From: Stegostoma tigrinum
Taxonomy: Eukaryota
Assembly (NCBI RefSeq): GCF_030684315.1
Contig: NC_081394.1
Location: forward strand, 1,674,001-1,738,000
Direction of reading: 5' to 3'
DNA: 64,000 bases
How positions within the stretch are numbered: the stretch's first letter is position 1; the number at the start of each line of letters is the position of its first letter. Made by a program: the position numbers and the translations under genes. The notes beneath the pieces were generated by a model that searched no databases, was not told the DNA's origin, and saw only the letters and a program-made list of their open reading frames with translations. Shown piece by piece: positions 1 to 12,500 of this stretch.

Positions 1-159
1 CTCAATCCTGCGCCTGTTCCCCATCCTTCTAAACGTCCACTGAGTCAAAGGTTCTTTTAAATTCATTCTCCTCCCCCACTCCCTACAGCCCCAAACCAAA
101 ACTCTCATCTCTACATAGGTTCTTTCCTATTGCCCCTTCATATCCCCCCCAGAAGAAGA

Positions 160-545
160 ATGGATGGTTGTGCTTCAAGTGGCACTGTCCATGAGGACTT
201 TTTGTGGGTAGCACATCAGATTCCTCTGACAGGAAATATAGAAATATGGACACCGCTAGCATTGATAAACAGGTGTTTTCGCTGGCAGTGTCATCACAGG
301 GATATGATGCAGTTTTTTTTACATCATGCCATGCTTGCCACATTGTGCGTAAACCTCAACACGCACCTTCAATACGCATACCAGTTTTTGCAGAACCATT
401 GAGTCCAGTGTTGCTGGACAGTGTAGAACCACTAACGTAACCAAACCAGAAAGCATAACACCAGTGTATCCTGACTATTATGGTGATGACAACTCATTTC
501 CCAGGGGTCATTCCCTTGAAAACAATTTCAGCTAAAATAGAAATG
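160..545 (+). mobile_element. Decayed Gypsy integrase fragment
   Basis: Across frames: AHQIPLTG...CHACHIVRKPQ...IPVFAEPL..LDSVEPL...ILTIM..THFP.VIPL, i.e. the HHCC zinc domain and start of the core. Confidence 0.7.
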
Positions 546-1054
546 AATAAATTAACACAAAATTGTTTGCATTATTGACTACCAATAAACAGACAGTCAG
601 ATTGTTAGGGATGCCTATAACTGAGCAGACAAAATGGCCAACGGCTTCCCAAGACTAATGCAGTTGAACAAGGCTGACACAGTAACATTTCAAGGTTGCT
701 GAATGTGCCTAATAACATTTAACTTTTGATTAATATAATAGAACAACAGTGACTCTGTAAAGACATAGATAATAACATTTTACATTTGACAGCATTAGCA
801 GCTCAAGGTTGCAGCTGACACACAAAATATAGATAAGGACATCTCACACTAATTAGTTGTTTAACCAATAACTACAGATCCGAATTTGTCGTAGAATGGC
901 TTTTTATCAGTTAAGAAGGTGACTACTAATTAAGATGCAGAAACCAGTTTCCTTTCAAGTCATTGTCCCGAGATAATTAAAGTTTTTTTTGAAATGTACA
1001 CAAGAGGTGGCATCTCTGGTCAGACAATTCATTTTAGGTGTGAGGTCTTGCTTA

Positions 1055-1711
1055 GAATCAGGGGTCAAGGCCATTCAGTCTCCAATCTTTGGATAAGTAA
1101 GCATCCTCCAAGGTGGACTTGGAGATACACAACAAAGCAAAAATCGCTGCGCAGAGGCTGACGACCAAGTTCAGTACCCATGTGGACGGCCTCAATCATG
1201 ATCGTGAGTTCATGTCACAGTACAGGTGACCCCACCCCAGACTCCCACAGACACACACACACACAAATTATTTCATCCATGATGTTTGTGTCGATGCAGA
1301 TACATTCTGTTGTGCTCAAAAACATGACCCCAGTTGAAAACATAGACAGATTTGAAGCAAGATCTCACACCTAAAATGCATTGCCTGACTGGAGATGTCA
1401 CCTCTTGTATACATTGATAAAACCTTTAATTATCTTGAGACAATGACTTGAAAGGGATCTGGATTTTGCGTTTTAATCAGTAGTCTCCTTCTTGAATGAT
1501 TAAAGATTCAACAAGAAAAGGTCAGTTTTAGGATTGTTACCTTTCTGTTTATAAACTCTGTGTCTTATATCCTCTCTCTCACACTACTCCTGAGGAAGTA
1601 GCTGAGCTAGGAAAGCTTGCATTTTCAAATAAACCTGTTTGACGATAACTTGGTGTCGTGTAATTTTTGACCTTGTCCACCGCAGTCCAATATCGGAAAC
1701 TCCACATCATT
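1055..1711 (+). mobile_element. Penelope-like element 3' fragment (GIY-YIG end plus 3' UTR with a degenerate hammerhead)
   Basis: GQGHS..ILQGGL...QRL..KF.TH.DGLN remnant; ctgaggaagtagctgagctaggaaagctt at about 1590-1618. Confidence 0.6.
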
Positions 1712-1994
1712 GCAGGAAGGATTGGTTTCAAAGGATTAACAGACATTGATGTGTGGATTGAATGAACATATTAAGACACAACTTGTTAGCTTAAGAATTC
1801 TAACATTAGGTGTAACCACATAACTTTGTTGGAATTGATCAAAAATCAATATTCTTTTGTATTTCCTGTAATAAGAACTTTAAAAGGTCCTAAAGCAATA
1901 GGCAAAGATCCAATAAATTGGCAGTTAACACTTGAATACGGTATCCATTGTGAAAAGCCTCAAGAAAGCAGATAAGAAACTGGGATACACCATG

Positions 1995-2360
1995 AAGGAG
2001 GTAGTAGGAACTGCCAATGCAGGAGAATCTGAGATAACAAGGTGGAGAGCTGGACGAACACTGCAGGCGAAGCAGCATCAGAGGAGCAGGAAAGCTAACG
2101 TTTCAGGTCTGGACCCTTCTTTAGAAATGGGGGAGGGGAAGGGGATTCTGAAATAGAGAGTGGGGGGAGGTGGATGGAAGATGGATAAAGGAACTGATAG
2201 GTGGAGAGGAGACAGACAAGTCAAGGAGGTGGAGATGGTGCCAGTAAAGGTGAGTGTAGGTGGGGAATTAGGATGGGGGTAGGTCAGTCAAGGAAAGAGG
2301 GACAGGTCAAGGAGGCGGGGATGAGGCTGGTAGGTTGGATGCAGGGTTGGGGTAGAGGTT
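1995..2360 (-). mobile_element. Neptune-type Penelope pLTR fragment
   Basis: Similar to 23462-23770. Confidence 0.8.
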
Positions 2361-2371
2361 CGTTCCTCTTT

Positions 2372-3786
2372 TCAGAAAAGGGAATAGGGAAATCCCTGGA
2401 AGTTACAGGCCAGTCAGTCTTACGTCTGTGGTCAGAAAGGTTTTGGAAAGAATTCTGAGGGATAGGATTTATGACTATTTGGAAAAGCATAGCGTGATTA
2501 AAGAGAGTCAGCATGGCTTTGTGAGGGGCAGATCATGCCTTACAAATCTTATTGAGTTCTTTGAGGAGGTCACGAGACAGGTTGACGAGGGTCAAGCAGT
2601 GGATGTGGTGTACATGGACTTCAGCAAGGCATTTGATAGGGCTCCCCACGGCAGGCTCATTCATAAAGTCAGGAGGTATGGAATACAGGGTGATTTGGCT
2701 GTCTGGATTCAGAATTGGTTGGCCGACAGGAGGCAGAGAGTAGTTGTAGATGGTAAGTATTCTACCTGGAGATCAGTGCTGAGTGGTGTGCCACAGGGCT
2801 CTGTTCTTGGGTCTCTGCTCTTTGTAGATTTTATAAATGACTTGGATGAAGAGTTTGAGGTGTGGGTTAGTATGTTTGCTGATGACACAAAGGTTGGAGG
2901 TGCATTGATAGTATCGAGGGCTATTGCAAGCTTCAGCGAGACATTGACACAATGCAGAGCTGGGCTGAGAAATGGCAGATGGAGTACAACCTGGATAAAT
3001 GTGAAGTGATGCATTTTGGAACGTAGAACTTAAATGCTGAATCTAGGATTAAAGGCTGGATTCTCGGCAGTGTGGAGGAACAACTGGATCTTGGTGTTCA
3101 AGTGCATAGCTCCCTCAAAGTTTCCACCCAAGTGGATAAGGTTGTTAAGAAAGCATATAGTGTTTTGGCTTTCATTAACAGGGGGATCGAGTTTAAAAGC
3201 CGCGAGGTTTGGCTGCAGCTCTACAAAACCTGGGTGAGACCTCACTTGGAATATCGTGTCCAGTTCTGGTCGCCCTATTATAGGAAAGATGTGGAGGCTT
3301 TGGAGAGGGTGCAAAGGAGGTTTACCAGGATGCTGCCTGGACTGGAGGGCTTGTCTTATGAGGGGAGGTTGACTGAGCTTGGACTTTTCTGTCTGGAGAG
3401 AAGGAGGAAGAGAGGTGACCTGATCGAGGTGTACAAGGTAATGAGAGGCATGGATAGAGTCGATAGCCAGAGACTTTTCCCCAGGGCAGGATTGACTGCC
3501 ACGAAGGGTCATAGTTTTAAGGTGTTAGGAGGAAGGTAGAGGAGATGTCAGAGGGAGGTTCTTCACCCAGAGGGCGGTGAGCGCATGGAATGCTTTGCCA
3601 GTGGTAGTCGTGGAAGCAGAGTCATTAGCGACATTTAAGCGACTGCTGGACATGCACATGGACAGCAGTGAATTGAGGGGAATGTAGGTTAGGTTATTTT
3701 ACTTTTGGATTAGGATTATTCCACAGCACAACATCGTGGGCCAAAGGGCCTGTACTGTGCTGTATTTTTCTATGTTCTTGTTCTAA
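2372..3786 (+). mobile_element. 5'-truncated CR1-clade LINE (RT, C-terminus, 3' UTR)
   Basis: SQHGFVRGRSCLTNL, YMDFSKAFD, GVPQGSVLG, MFADDTK, VRPHLEY..QFWSP; two frameshifts; ttctatgttct tail. Confidence 0.95.
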
Positions 3787-3879
3787 ACTCACCCTGCGAC
3801 TTGGACTCTCATTGAAAATATGAGCTGTAACACAGATCCAGAAGTTTTGAAGGTATAATGCATAAATTGAGTTTGCACA

Positions 3880-4290
3880 GTTCAGTCCTCAGTAGTGATC
3901 CTTTGACAGTAGAGGGTTAACTCATTACTGAACATCTGACAGTAGCCCTTCCTCAGTGCAGACTCTCCAACAGTGGTGCACATGCTTAGAGATGACCCGC
4001 TGGCAGTGCAGGACACCCTCTGTAGTAATGGTACCCGAGAGCAGTATTCACTCAGTACTGACTCAATAACAGTGCAACACTGCATCAGTATTCACCTTCT
4101 GACAGTGGAACAATCCCTCAGCATTAACCCTCCGATAGTGCACCACTCCCTTAGTACTGACTCTGATAGTGTGGCACGCCCTCAGTACAGGCCCTCTGAC
4201 AATGAAGCACCTCCTCAGTACTGACCCTCCCACAGTGCAGCACTCCCTCAGCACTGACCCTCCAACATCACAGCATTCCCTCAATACAGC
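3880..4290 (+). repeat. Degenerate 33-bp minisatellite (actgaccctccgacagtgcagcactccctcagc)
   Basis: Same unit as 33405-33700. Confidence 0.8.
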
Positions 4291-4839
4291 ACTGAAGTGT
4301 CAACAGGATTCATTTTGATGGATAATGCCCACTGCGATGTTTAATCGTATGTGGGTGCTTTGTAAATATGCATTTCTGCTGCTGTAGTTGAGTTCATTTT
4401 CATCTTGTAAACATTCATATTGAATGACAAAGTCCTCTTTATGAAACGTATACTTCAGGGAAAACAGGGTCTGATCAGAATTGGACCATGTCAGCATGAT
4501 GTCCTCACCACTCCAACAGTCTTCCCACATTTCGTTAATCGGCTAAGATTTACCTTTTGCAAATTCATGCTGGTTCTCTCTGGTTTCTCCAAAGTTCTCA
4601 GTCAGTCAGTCCCCAATAATTGATTCTTGACATGTGCCCAGAGAAGCCATTATTGAGCACCAAGTGCATTATTTCAACATGTCTCTCTCCACGCTCTTGG
4701 GTAAAGAGCATAGGTTCAGGCGTGGACTGAGGGAGTCTTGATGAAAGCCAAAGAAGAAGATTAGATACTCCAATTATGGCTATGGGTGACCATACCATGA
4801 CCCAGGCCATTCTTTTAAACCCTGCAGTGGCGTGAGTCG

Positions 4840-5030
4840 TTTTCCTTACCCAATGTGGCAAATCCTGAATGAAGAACATTTTTGAAGATCGTAATTGATG
4901 CATCGACAATTTTCCCATCGGCTCCTCATGGCAGTCCGAGCTGGAAACCATCAATCCAGAACAGTTTATCAGCTTCAATCCTATTAGTTTCTCCATCGTT
5001 ACTGAAACTTACACTGAGTCTGTTCAGCTT
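4840..5030 (-). mobile_element. CR1 ORF2 fragment
   Basis: MEKLIGLK/ADK..DG...IVDASITIFKNVLHSG resembles the CR1 pre-RT tether region. Confidence 0.55.
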
Positions 5031-7184
5031 CCAGTTCTAAAATATTTCAAGACTCCATTAAATAATTGTTGCGCCATAAGGATAAAAGTCTACTGACCTC
5101 ACCATGTCATCCAGCAGGTAACATGTTGCAAACTCTAGTTGGCCACGATCCTGGAATCGTTGTCTTCTAGCATTTGCACCTTCAACGGTCCATTGACCCC
5201 TGCCAACCTCCAGCTCTCCTGCCATTCCCATTGGCCACTGAGCATGACTGACCACAGGGCTCTAGACCACGCACATCACAACTGGACATTGCTTGCCCAC
5301 CAGTCAATGCCAATACCTCAAGCCTCCAACATGACGATAACTGATGAAGGAGGGGCGATGGAGGGACATTTTAGCATATTCCATGTCTATTAGGATTGCG
5401 TCGAAAACTTTGTCGCCATTGGCGCCACAGGGCCAATCCGGGACAGTTGGTAACCAGGAAGGGAGGGAAAGTTTAAATCTCCCGTGAGAGCAGCCGCTCC
5501 GCGTGCGAGGAAAGCCAACCATCGCCTCTTAGCCCCCACGAACATGGCCGAGTTCCCCCGGTTCTGTGAGCCTGACCCTGCGCAATACTTCCGATGCTGG
5601 CCCCCTCGGGTGGCAGTTATTTTGGTCGGGAGAAGTTCGAGCATGATTTGTCCGGAATCAGAGACAGAGATCCCGGGAAGAGAGTGTGACTCAGGTTCTG
5701 GGGGGAGAGGAGAAGGCGGGGGGAAGCGGGGGCGTGCTCTAGGTAGAGAGAGTGACTCTGAGGAGGTTGGGGAGGGGATTGTGATGAACGGAGATGTCTA
5801 GGAGGAGAAGAGGGATGTGAGGCCTAGGGGTTGGTGAGGAGGATAGGGGGTGAGGAAGGGAGGGAGGGACAGGGGGAGGGGATGTAAGTGGTTGTGGTAT
5901 GAGTAGAAGGAGGTAAGGGGATGCGAACGGTGGGGGTGGAACTGGACGTGAAGGGGCTGGGGATTGAGGAGGAGAGAAATTGCAGAGTGGTATGAGGGTG
6001 AGGTATCTGTGAGGGGATCAGGGCTGAAAGGCAGGGTGCTGTGAGGGGCTGAGATGAGTGGCAGGCTCTGTGGGCAATGGGTGCTGTTATTACGGATGGG
6101 TCTGCCAGGGGTGGGACATGACTCATTCCCTTTTCTAAAACAAACATCGTGGGGAAGCGGTAACTGTTCTCCTTGGCAATATTTCAACCAGAGTTCAGTT
6201 GCTGTCTGACCGGCCCCGTTTCTCATACAGTATATATTGTTGTTTCTCTTGAAACTTGGTCTTCTTACATCTGTCCTGGTGAGTACAAGATGGAAAAACC
6301 CAGTGCCGTGTCACTTCTTACAGCAAGATACCAGTTCTGTTCAGCCAAGTAACAGTGGAGTGGGTTTTCACGGGATGAGAGACTGTGCTAATGAGAGAGT
6401 GCGGGAGAAGCCTTGGAGGTGAAGCTTCTGGGTCAAGTCCTGCCAGCCTGGATTGGTGAAGCTTTCCTTCCCTACCCTCTTTCTTCCCCTCCCCTTAGTT
6501 GATACAATTCACCAACAATCTAGAATCACCCAGAATTTGGCCACGGTTTGTACTCTGATCCCAATCATTTTCATGGTGTTGGTGTGATGAAAAATTTATA
6601 AGTCACATATAGTAATATTTTTGGAGTTTAAATTTCAAAATAGTGTCATATGTGTGACTTTTGTGAGGAAGTTACGCCAGTAGTAGGAAAAGATGGTGTG
6701 AGAATCCTCCTGGAATAGTGACTTCATCCAATATGTATCAAATTACAGATGAATGTAAGCCCTGAATGTTAATGGAATGACGTGTTTATTGTGTGGGATT
6801 TACAACAAGTTGGATAAACATGTAAAGGCTAGGTTTTGTTTTCAGTTCAGTTGAATTTGTCATCAGCAATAATTCAGTTCAGCATGCACCAATATTGAGT
6901 TCAGAAGCCTATTGTTTCTGCTCCCAGAGTTTCACTCTGGGGTCTGACCTATCCAACAGTCCCGTCAGCTGGTATCAGAACAAGTTGGAACTCTTTACCA
7001 GGATCTGAATTCATTGTATTTCAGAGGAATCCATGTATATTTTAAAGAAACATGCCTGTGGATATTCGAGCATGACGGGAGCATTGTAGTGAAGTTTGAA
7101 CGAGCTTTGAATCTTGCTAAAATTTTTCTAAAATGTGAGACATTAACAGCCAAGTCTAATCCTAACTACCTGTACAGGATAAGA

Positions 7185-7355
7185 AAGTGTGAAGCTGGAT
7201 GAACACAGCAGGCCAAGCAGCATCTCAGGAGCACAAAAGCTGACGTTTTGGGCCTCGACCCTTCATCAGAGAGGGGGATGGGGAGAGGGTTCTGGAATAA
7301 ATAGGGAAAGAAGGGGAAGAGGACCGAAGATGGAGAGAAAAGAAGATAGGTGGAG
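7185..7355 (-). mobile_element. Penelope pLTR fragment
   Basis: Matches 23505-23670. Confidence 0.8.
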
Positions 7356-7725
7356 TTTTAAGGTTTTTTTTAAAGTTGTAACAATAGAAGCAGCCTGTGT
7401 GGGTGTGGTGAAACTCTCAGAACGAGGATTTTTAGTTAGCTTTCAGCAGGGTTGGAAGGCAGTGAATCTCTCCTGACTGCTACGCTCTCTCTCTCTGAGA
7501 TTTCTCTCAATTGTCTTTCGATGTTCTATCTCCCTGGATTGGAGAACTCCATGTGAGGCAATCTGTTTTCTGAGTATGCCTTTTTGCCACGGGTGTGTTT
7601 ATGGGATGTCACTAATTCTGGAACAGTTACTGTTTAGTAGTAATATAATCTATTATTCTGTTCAGTTTTCCAATAGAGTTAAGTCATTCCAACTTCTTTC
7701 TTTTTCTGCATTTTAACTACGGTGT
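7356..7725 (+). mobile_element. LTR-like repeat, also present at about 29940-30600
   Basis: Shared blocks such as gcctttttgcca..gtgtttatgggat and ctattattctgtt.agttttccaatagag; it truncates the pseudogene. Confidence 0.6.
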
Positions 7726-8710
7726 TCAGCCTAGTGCGCTGTCGGGGTCAGGGAGATCATCACTGGATGCCCCTCTCTGAGCTGCTGTGACACAAAAGTT
7801 CTGTGTTTGGTTACCGCTGAGGTTGGCATCGGGCAGGTGCCAGATGACTTCTCCCGGAGGATTAGAGTAGAAATCTGCATCATTTCCCCCTGTCACTGGA
7901 GTGAAGGAGAGAACCTGGCTGCTTGTGTTTAACTGGGTGCTGATGTTTCCCTCGATTGTGAACCAGGTGTAATGAGATATCGGTGGGACACTCTCACTTG
8001 AACATGTTAATGTGACATTGTGTGCCTCTGACGCTCTACTGATGGACACTGTGGTCTCCCGTGTGATATCTGGAACAAGAGCAGAGGAGAATCGACAGGA
8101 ATCTGCATGCCCCAAAACCCTCTGAGATCTGTCCACTTCTCCAGTTCCAGCCTCTTGAGTATTTCCTGATGTCCATTGATCCACCTTCAACTATTTGGAT
8201 CCCTATGCTCTGGAATTCATTTCCCCATTTTTCACCTCCTTTAGTCAATCATGATCCTGATCCACATGAGGAGATCTGCTGTCACTGTCCAAAAGCATCG
8301 TCCAAGAGGTTGAGCGTAAAAGTGACTTAAAAGAGCAAACTGTGAAAAAATATTTGCATCTGTGGTTACACACGTCCATATGCCTGTCACTGACAACATA
8401 AATCTAACAGTCTGTCAGGGATATTAATTTGTTTGGAGAGATTTGGCTGTGGAATATCTAGTGTGCAGACATTACCAAGCACGGAAACAGAACAAAGGAG
8501 GATAAGGCGAGTATGATGGACCCAAACAAAAGACCAGAGAGACAGTTGGACTGAGTGTGAATCAGGCAGTGGTTAACGTACTGACTGCAAATGGCAATAG
8601 GGATATCAAGATTGGTGCACCCAGGGAGGGAGAGTGGACAAATTTGAATATTTGGGTCAATGTTAAACATCCAGAACTGAAATGTCACTTAGAAAAATAA
8701 CAGCAAGAAC

Positions 8711-8809
8711 CATTTCTGAAGAAGGATCCAGACCCGAAATGTCAGCTTTCCTGCACCTCTGATGTTGCTTGGCATGCTGTGTTCACCCAGCTCTACACCT
8801 TGTTATCCC
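8711..8809 (+). mobile_element. Short Penelope pLTR insertion with 10-bp TSD CAGCAAGAAC
   Basis: TSD at 8701-8710 and 8810-8819; contains ctgaagaagg...cccgaaatgtcag. Confidence 0.75.
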
Positions 8810-9246
8810 CAGCAAGAACTATGACCAGTGAGATCAGCCTCAACCTCTGAAAACATTAGTCTGAAGCTGGGAAAACTTGGGTTCAGAAACTGATGTGGGA
8901 GGTCGTACTTGATGGAATTGAGAGACAGATTCTGAAGAACGTGGATGAGAGGAGAGTAACAGATTTGACATGGATATGGCCAAGGATGCTCAGATTCAGT
9001 TAGAACCACCTTTTGAGCAACAATTTTTGGAGAAATTGGGATAAAAACAGAAAAAGGTGAAGAAAAATCAGATGGTGGATAACACTACAACTGTAGAATG
9101 AAGGAAGCTTGAAGAAATCCAGAGAGGAAACAAGACAATGCCAATAGCCCTCTAGCGATTATTGTAATAGTGAATAGAAGCAACAGTAGCCTCAGATTGC
9201 ACAGTGACTGGATGTGAGTTTGCTCGCTGAGCTGGAAGGTTAGTTT

Positions 9247-9286
9247 TCAGATGTTTCATCACCATTCTAGGTAACATCATCAGTGA
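9247..9286 (-). ncRNA. Minimal hammerhead ribozyme motif in the Poseidon 3' end (CpG-decayed)
   Basis: UCA-CUGAUGA-U-GUUACC-uagaau-GGUGAU-GAAAC-AUC-UGA. Confidence 0.7.
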
Positions 9287-9757
9287 GTCTCCAGTGAAGT
9301 GCTGGTGTTATGTCCCGCTTTCTATTTATTTGTTTAGGTTTCCTTGGGTTGGTGATGTCATTTCCTGTTCTTTTTCTCAGGGGATGGTAGATTAGCTCCA
9401 AATCAATGTGTTTGTTGATGGAGTTCCAGTTGGAATGCCATGCTTCTAGGAATTCTTGTGTGTGTCTCTGTTTGGCTTGTCCTAGGATGGATGTGTTGTC
9501 CCAATCAAAGTGGTGTCCTTCCTCATCTGTATGTAAGGATACGAGTGATAGTGGGTCATGATGTTTTGTGGCTAGTTGATGTTCATTTATCGTGGTGGCT
9601 AGCTTTCTGCCAGTCTGTCCAATGTAGTGTTTGTCACAGTTCTTGCAAGGTATTTTATAGATGACGTTTGTTTTATTTGTTGTCTGTATAGGGTCTTTTA
9701 AGTTCATTAGCTGCTGTTTTAGTGTGTTGGTGGGTTTGTGGGCTACCATGATGCCAA

Positions 9758-9989
9758 ATGATAATGGAAACTGCAGATGTTGGAGAATCCAAGATAACAA
9801 GCTGTGGAGCTGAATGAACCCAGCAGGCCAAGCAGCATCTCAGGAGCACAAAAGCTGACGCTTCGGGCCTAGACCCTTCATCAGAGAGGGCGCCCCCCTC
9901 TCTGATGAAGGGTCTAGGCCCGAAGTGTCAGCTTTTGTGCTCCTGAGATGCTGCTTGGCCTGCTGTGTTCATCCAGCTCCACACTTTGT
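9758..9989. mobile_element. Fold-back pair of Neptune pLTRs nested in the Poseidon element, 14-bp TSD TACCATGATGCCAA
   Basis: Inverted arms around cgcc at about 9891-9894; TSD 9744-9757 and 9990-10003. Confidence 0.9.
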
Positions 9990-12284
9990 TACCATGATGC
10001 CAAGAGGTCCGAGTAGTCTGGCAGTCATTTCGGAAATGTCTTTGATGTAGGGGAGAGTGGTTATGGTTTCTGAGCCTGTTTTGTCTGTTTGTTTGGGTTT
10101 ATTGCTGAGGAATCGGCGGACTGTGTTCATAGGGTACCCATTCTTTTTGAATATGCTGTATAGGTGATTTTCCTCTGCTCTGCGTAGTTCCTCTGTGCTG
10201 CAGTGTGTGGTGGCTCGTTGGAATAATGTTCTAATGCAGCTTCGTTTGTGGGTGTTGGGATGGTTGCTCCTGTAGTTCAGTATTTGGTCCGTGTGTGTTG
10301 TTTTCCTGTAGACGCTGGTTTGAAGTTCCCCATTGGCTGTTCGCTCCACTGTGACATCTAGGAATGGCAGTTTGATGTTGTTTTGCTCCTCTTTTGTGAA
10401 TGTTATGCCAGTAAGGGTATTATTGATGGCCTTGAAGGTTTCCTCTAATTTGTTTTGTTTAGTGATGACAAAGGTGTCATCCATGTAGTGGACCCAAAGT
10501 TTGGGTTGGATGATTGGCAGAGCTGTTTGTTCGAGTCTCTGCATTACTGCCTCTGCTAAGAACCCTGATATCGGAGATCCCATGGGTGTACCGTTGGTTT
10601 GTCTGTAGGTTTTGTTATTGAAAGTGAAGTGGGTGGTGAGGCATAGGTCCACTAGCTTGATGATGTTGTCCTTGCTGATGAGGTTGGTGGTGTCTGGTGA
10701 ATGTGTCTTCGGTTTTTCTAATAGTGTGGTCAGTGTTTCTTTGGCCAGGTTGATGTTAATGGACGTGTACAGGGCTGTTACGTCAAAGGAGACCATTATT
10801 TCATCCTCTTCTATCTTGGTGTCTTTGGTGTTCAGGAATTCTTGAGTGGAGCAAATGGAGTGGCATGAGTCTTCTACTAGGTGTTTTAGTCTTTTGTGTA
10901 GTTCCTTGGCTAATCTGTAGGTTGCTGTTCCAGGTAGCGACACTGTGGGCCTGAGGGGGGCTCCTGGTTTGTGAATTCTTGGTCGTCCATAGAAGCGTGG
11001 TGTGTTGGATCCATCTGGTTTCATTTTTTGGAAGTCTCTCTTGTTTAATTCTCCAGATTTTTGAAGTTTTTGAGTAAGGCTGCGATTCGGTTCTCTAGTT
11101 GTGGGGTCGGGGCTATCGTCACCTGTTGGTAGGCGTCGGTACCTGCAAGCAGTGCGTTCGCTTTCTCAATGTAGTCTGTTTGGTTTAAAATGACTGTCAA
11201 GCACCATCAAGTGCACAGTGATGGCTGTGAAACTCTTTTCTGCTGCATGTTCATTCTGTGCTGGTAGTCTCCAGTCTCCCTGAATGTAATGTGAGGAATC
11301 CCCAACGACAGCTCATTGTTGGAATTCATTCTGTTCATTGTGGCATTAAGAAATCTCCACATCAGGTTAGAAGCTGGGGAGCTCTCTACAGAGCAGATTA
11401 CCACTGTAGAATCTCTCTTAGTTATACTATTTGATAAATCTTCAATTATAGAAGGAAAGTAATTGAGATTCCATGGTGCAACTAAAAACAAACGCCGATA
11501 TCATTGTGACGAAACAGTGCACAACAAGACTCCACGCTGATTCTTCCGTGTTTGAAGGTTTAGAATTTCCAATCACCTTCACTCTATGTAAGTTTCTATG
11601 TCAAGTGTTTGATGGACATTGCCCATGTAATCTTTTATTATATTCGCTCACCACTGGAGCAGCTGTCCATCTAGAACAATAGAAAGTTACTTCTTTGTCC
11701 TCAGGAAGTCCACAGGTGCTGTCAGCCATTGGACAGTATTTATTCAATGGAGTACAGAGTGATGAGTGTACATAGAGTGATATAGTATGATTTCCAGAGC
11801 TGACCAGATCAAAATCTGCCCCCGACATTTATTGAGGGCAGTTGTCAACATTTGTGACGTCAAACACTAAGACAGTAAAGCCAGCAGATTCAACAGTTTT
11901 AAATAAACAGAAAAAAGATTTATACTACAAAGGTGATCCAATAGTGCAGTCTCCATTGTATGTACCAGATATATTCTAACATCCAGAGTTAAACTGAGGT
12001 CAAGCTGTGATTAAAGACCCTCCAGAGGATAGCAAATGAAAATGGAGTGAAGAAAGATCCCACAGATTTCTCTGCAATACCCAAACATAATGACACTGTG
12101 AGTCACCATATCTCAGAGTTGCAAACAGAATTTTGATTAATCTCTTTGTAAGCTGTTAAGAGTTTTTTTTTGAGACCTCAATAGATTCCAGGCTGATCTG
12201 CAAACTTACTAATGATGCTTTTTATATTCTCATCTAAATCATTTATGTAATGGCAAGCTAAAGTTTTGCAAAAGACGCCAAGAT

Positions 12285-12500
12285 TGGTGGTAACAAAGTG
12301 TGGAGCTGGATGAACACAGCAGGCCAGGCAGCATCTTAGGAGCACAAAAGCTGATGTTTCGGGCCTAGGCACTTCATCAGAAAAGGGAGAGGGGGAGGCA
12401 GATCGAAGATGGATAGAGGAGAAGATAGGTGGAGAGGAGACAGACAAGTTAAAGAGGTGGAGATGGAGCCAGTAGAGGTGAGTGTAGGTAGGGAGGCAGA
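12285..12500 (-). mobile_element. Penelope pLTR fragment
   Basis: Same pLTR family. Confidence 0.75.

Larger units (their letters stand above)
9208..11211 (-). mobile_element. Poseidon-type Penelope-like element (RT plus GIY-YIG), 5'-truncated, 10-bp TSD TGCACAGTGA
   Basis: RQTNGTPMGSPIS, HYMDDTF, NVIYKIPC..HYIGQTGR; no Cys-rich linker; TSD 9198-9207 and 11212-11221. Confidence 0.92.
7726..11530 (-). pseudogene. Inverted partial pseudogene copy of gene A (Ig domains 4, 5 and part of 6, with introns)
   Basis: 11481-11212 matches exon 36735-37016 (7-nt deletion removes the F-strand Cys; donor GT>CT at about 9195). 8069-7726 is a fusion of domain-5 and domain-6 exon parts with a frameshift and a stop. 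Introns 8070-8210 and 8400-9200 match 39410-39554 and 37017-37810. Confidence 0.9.
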
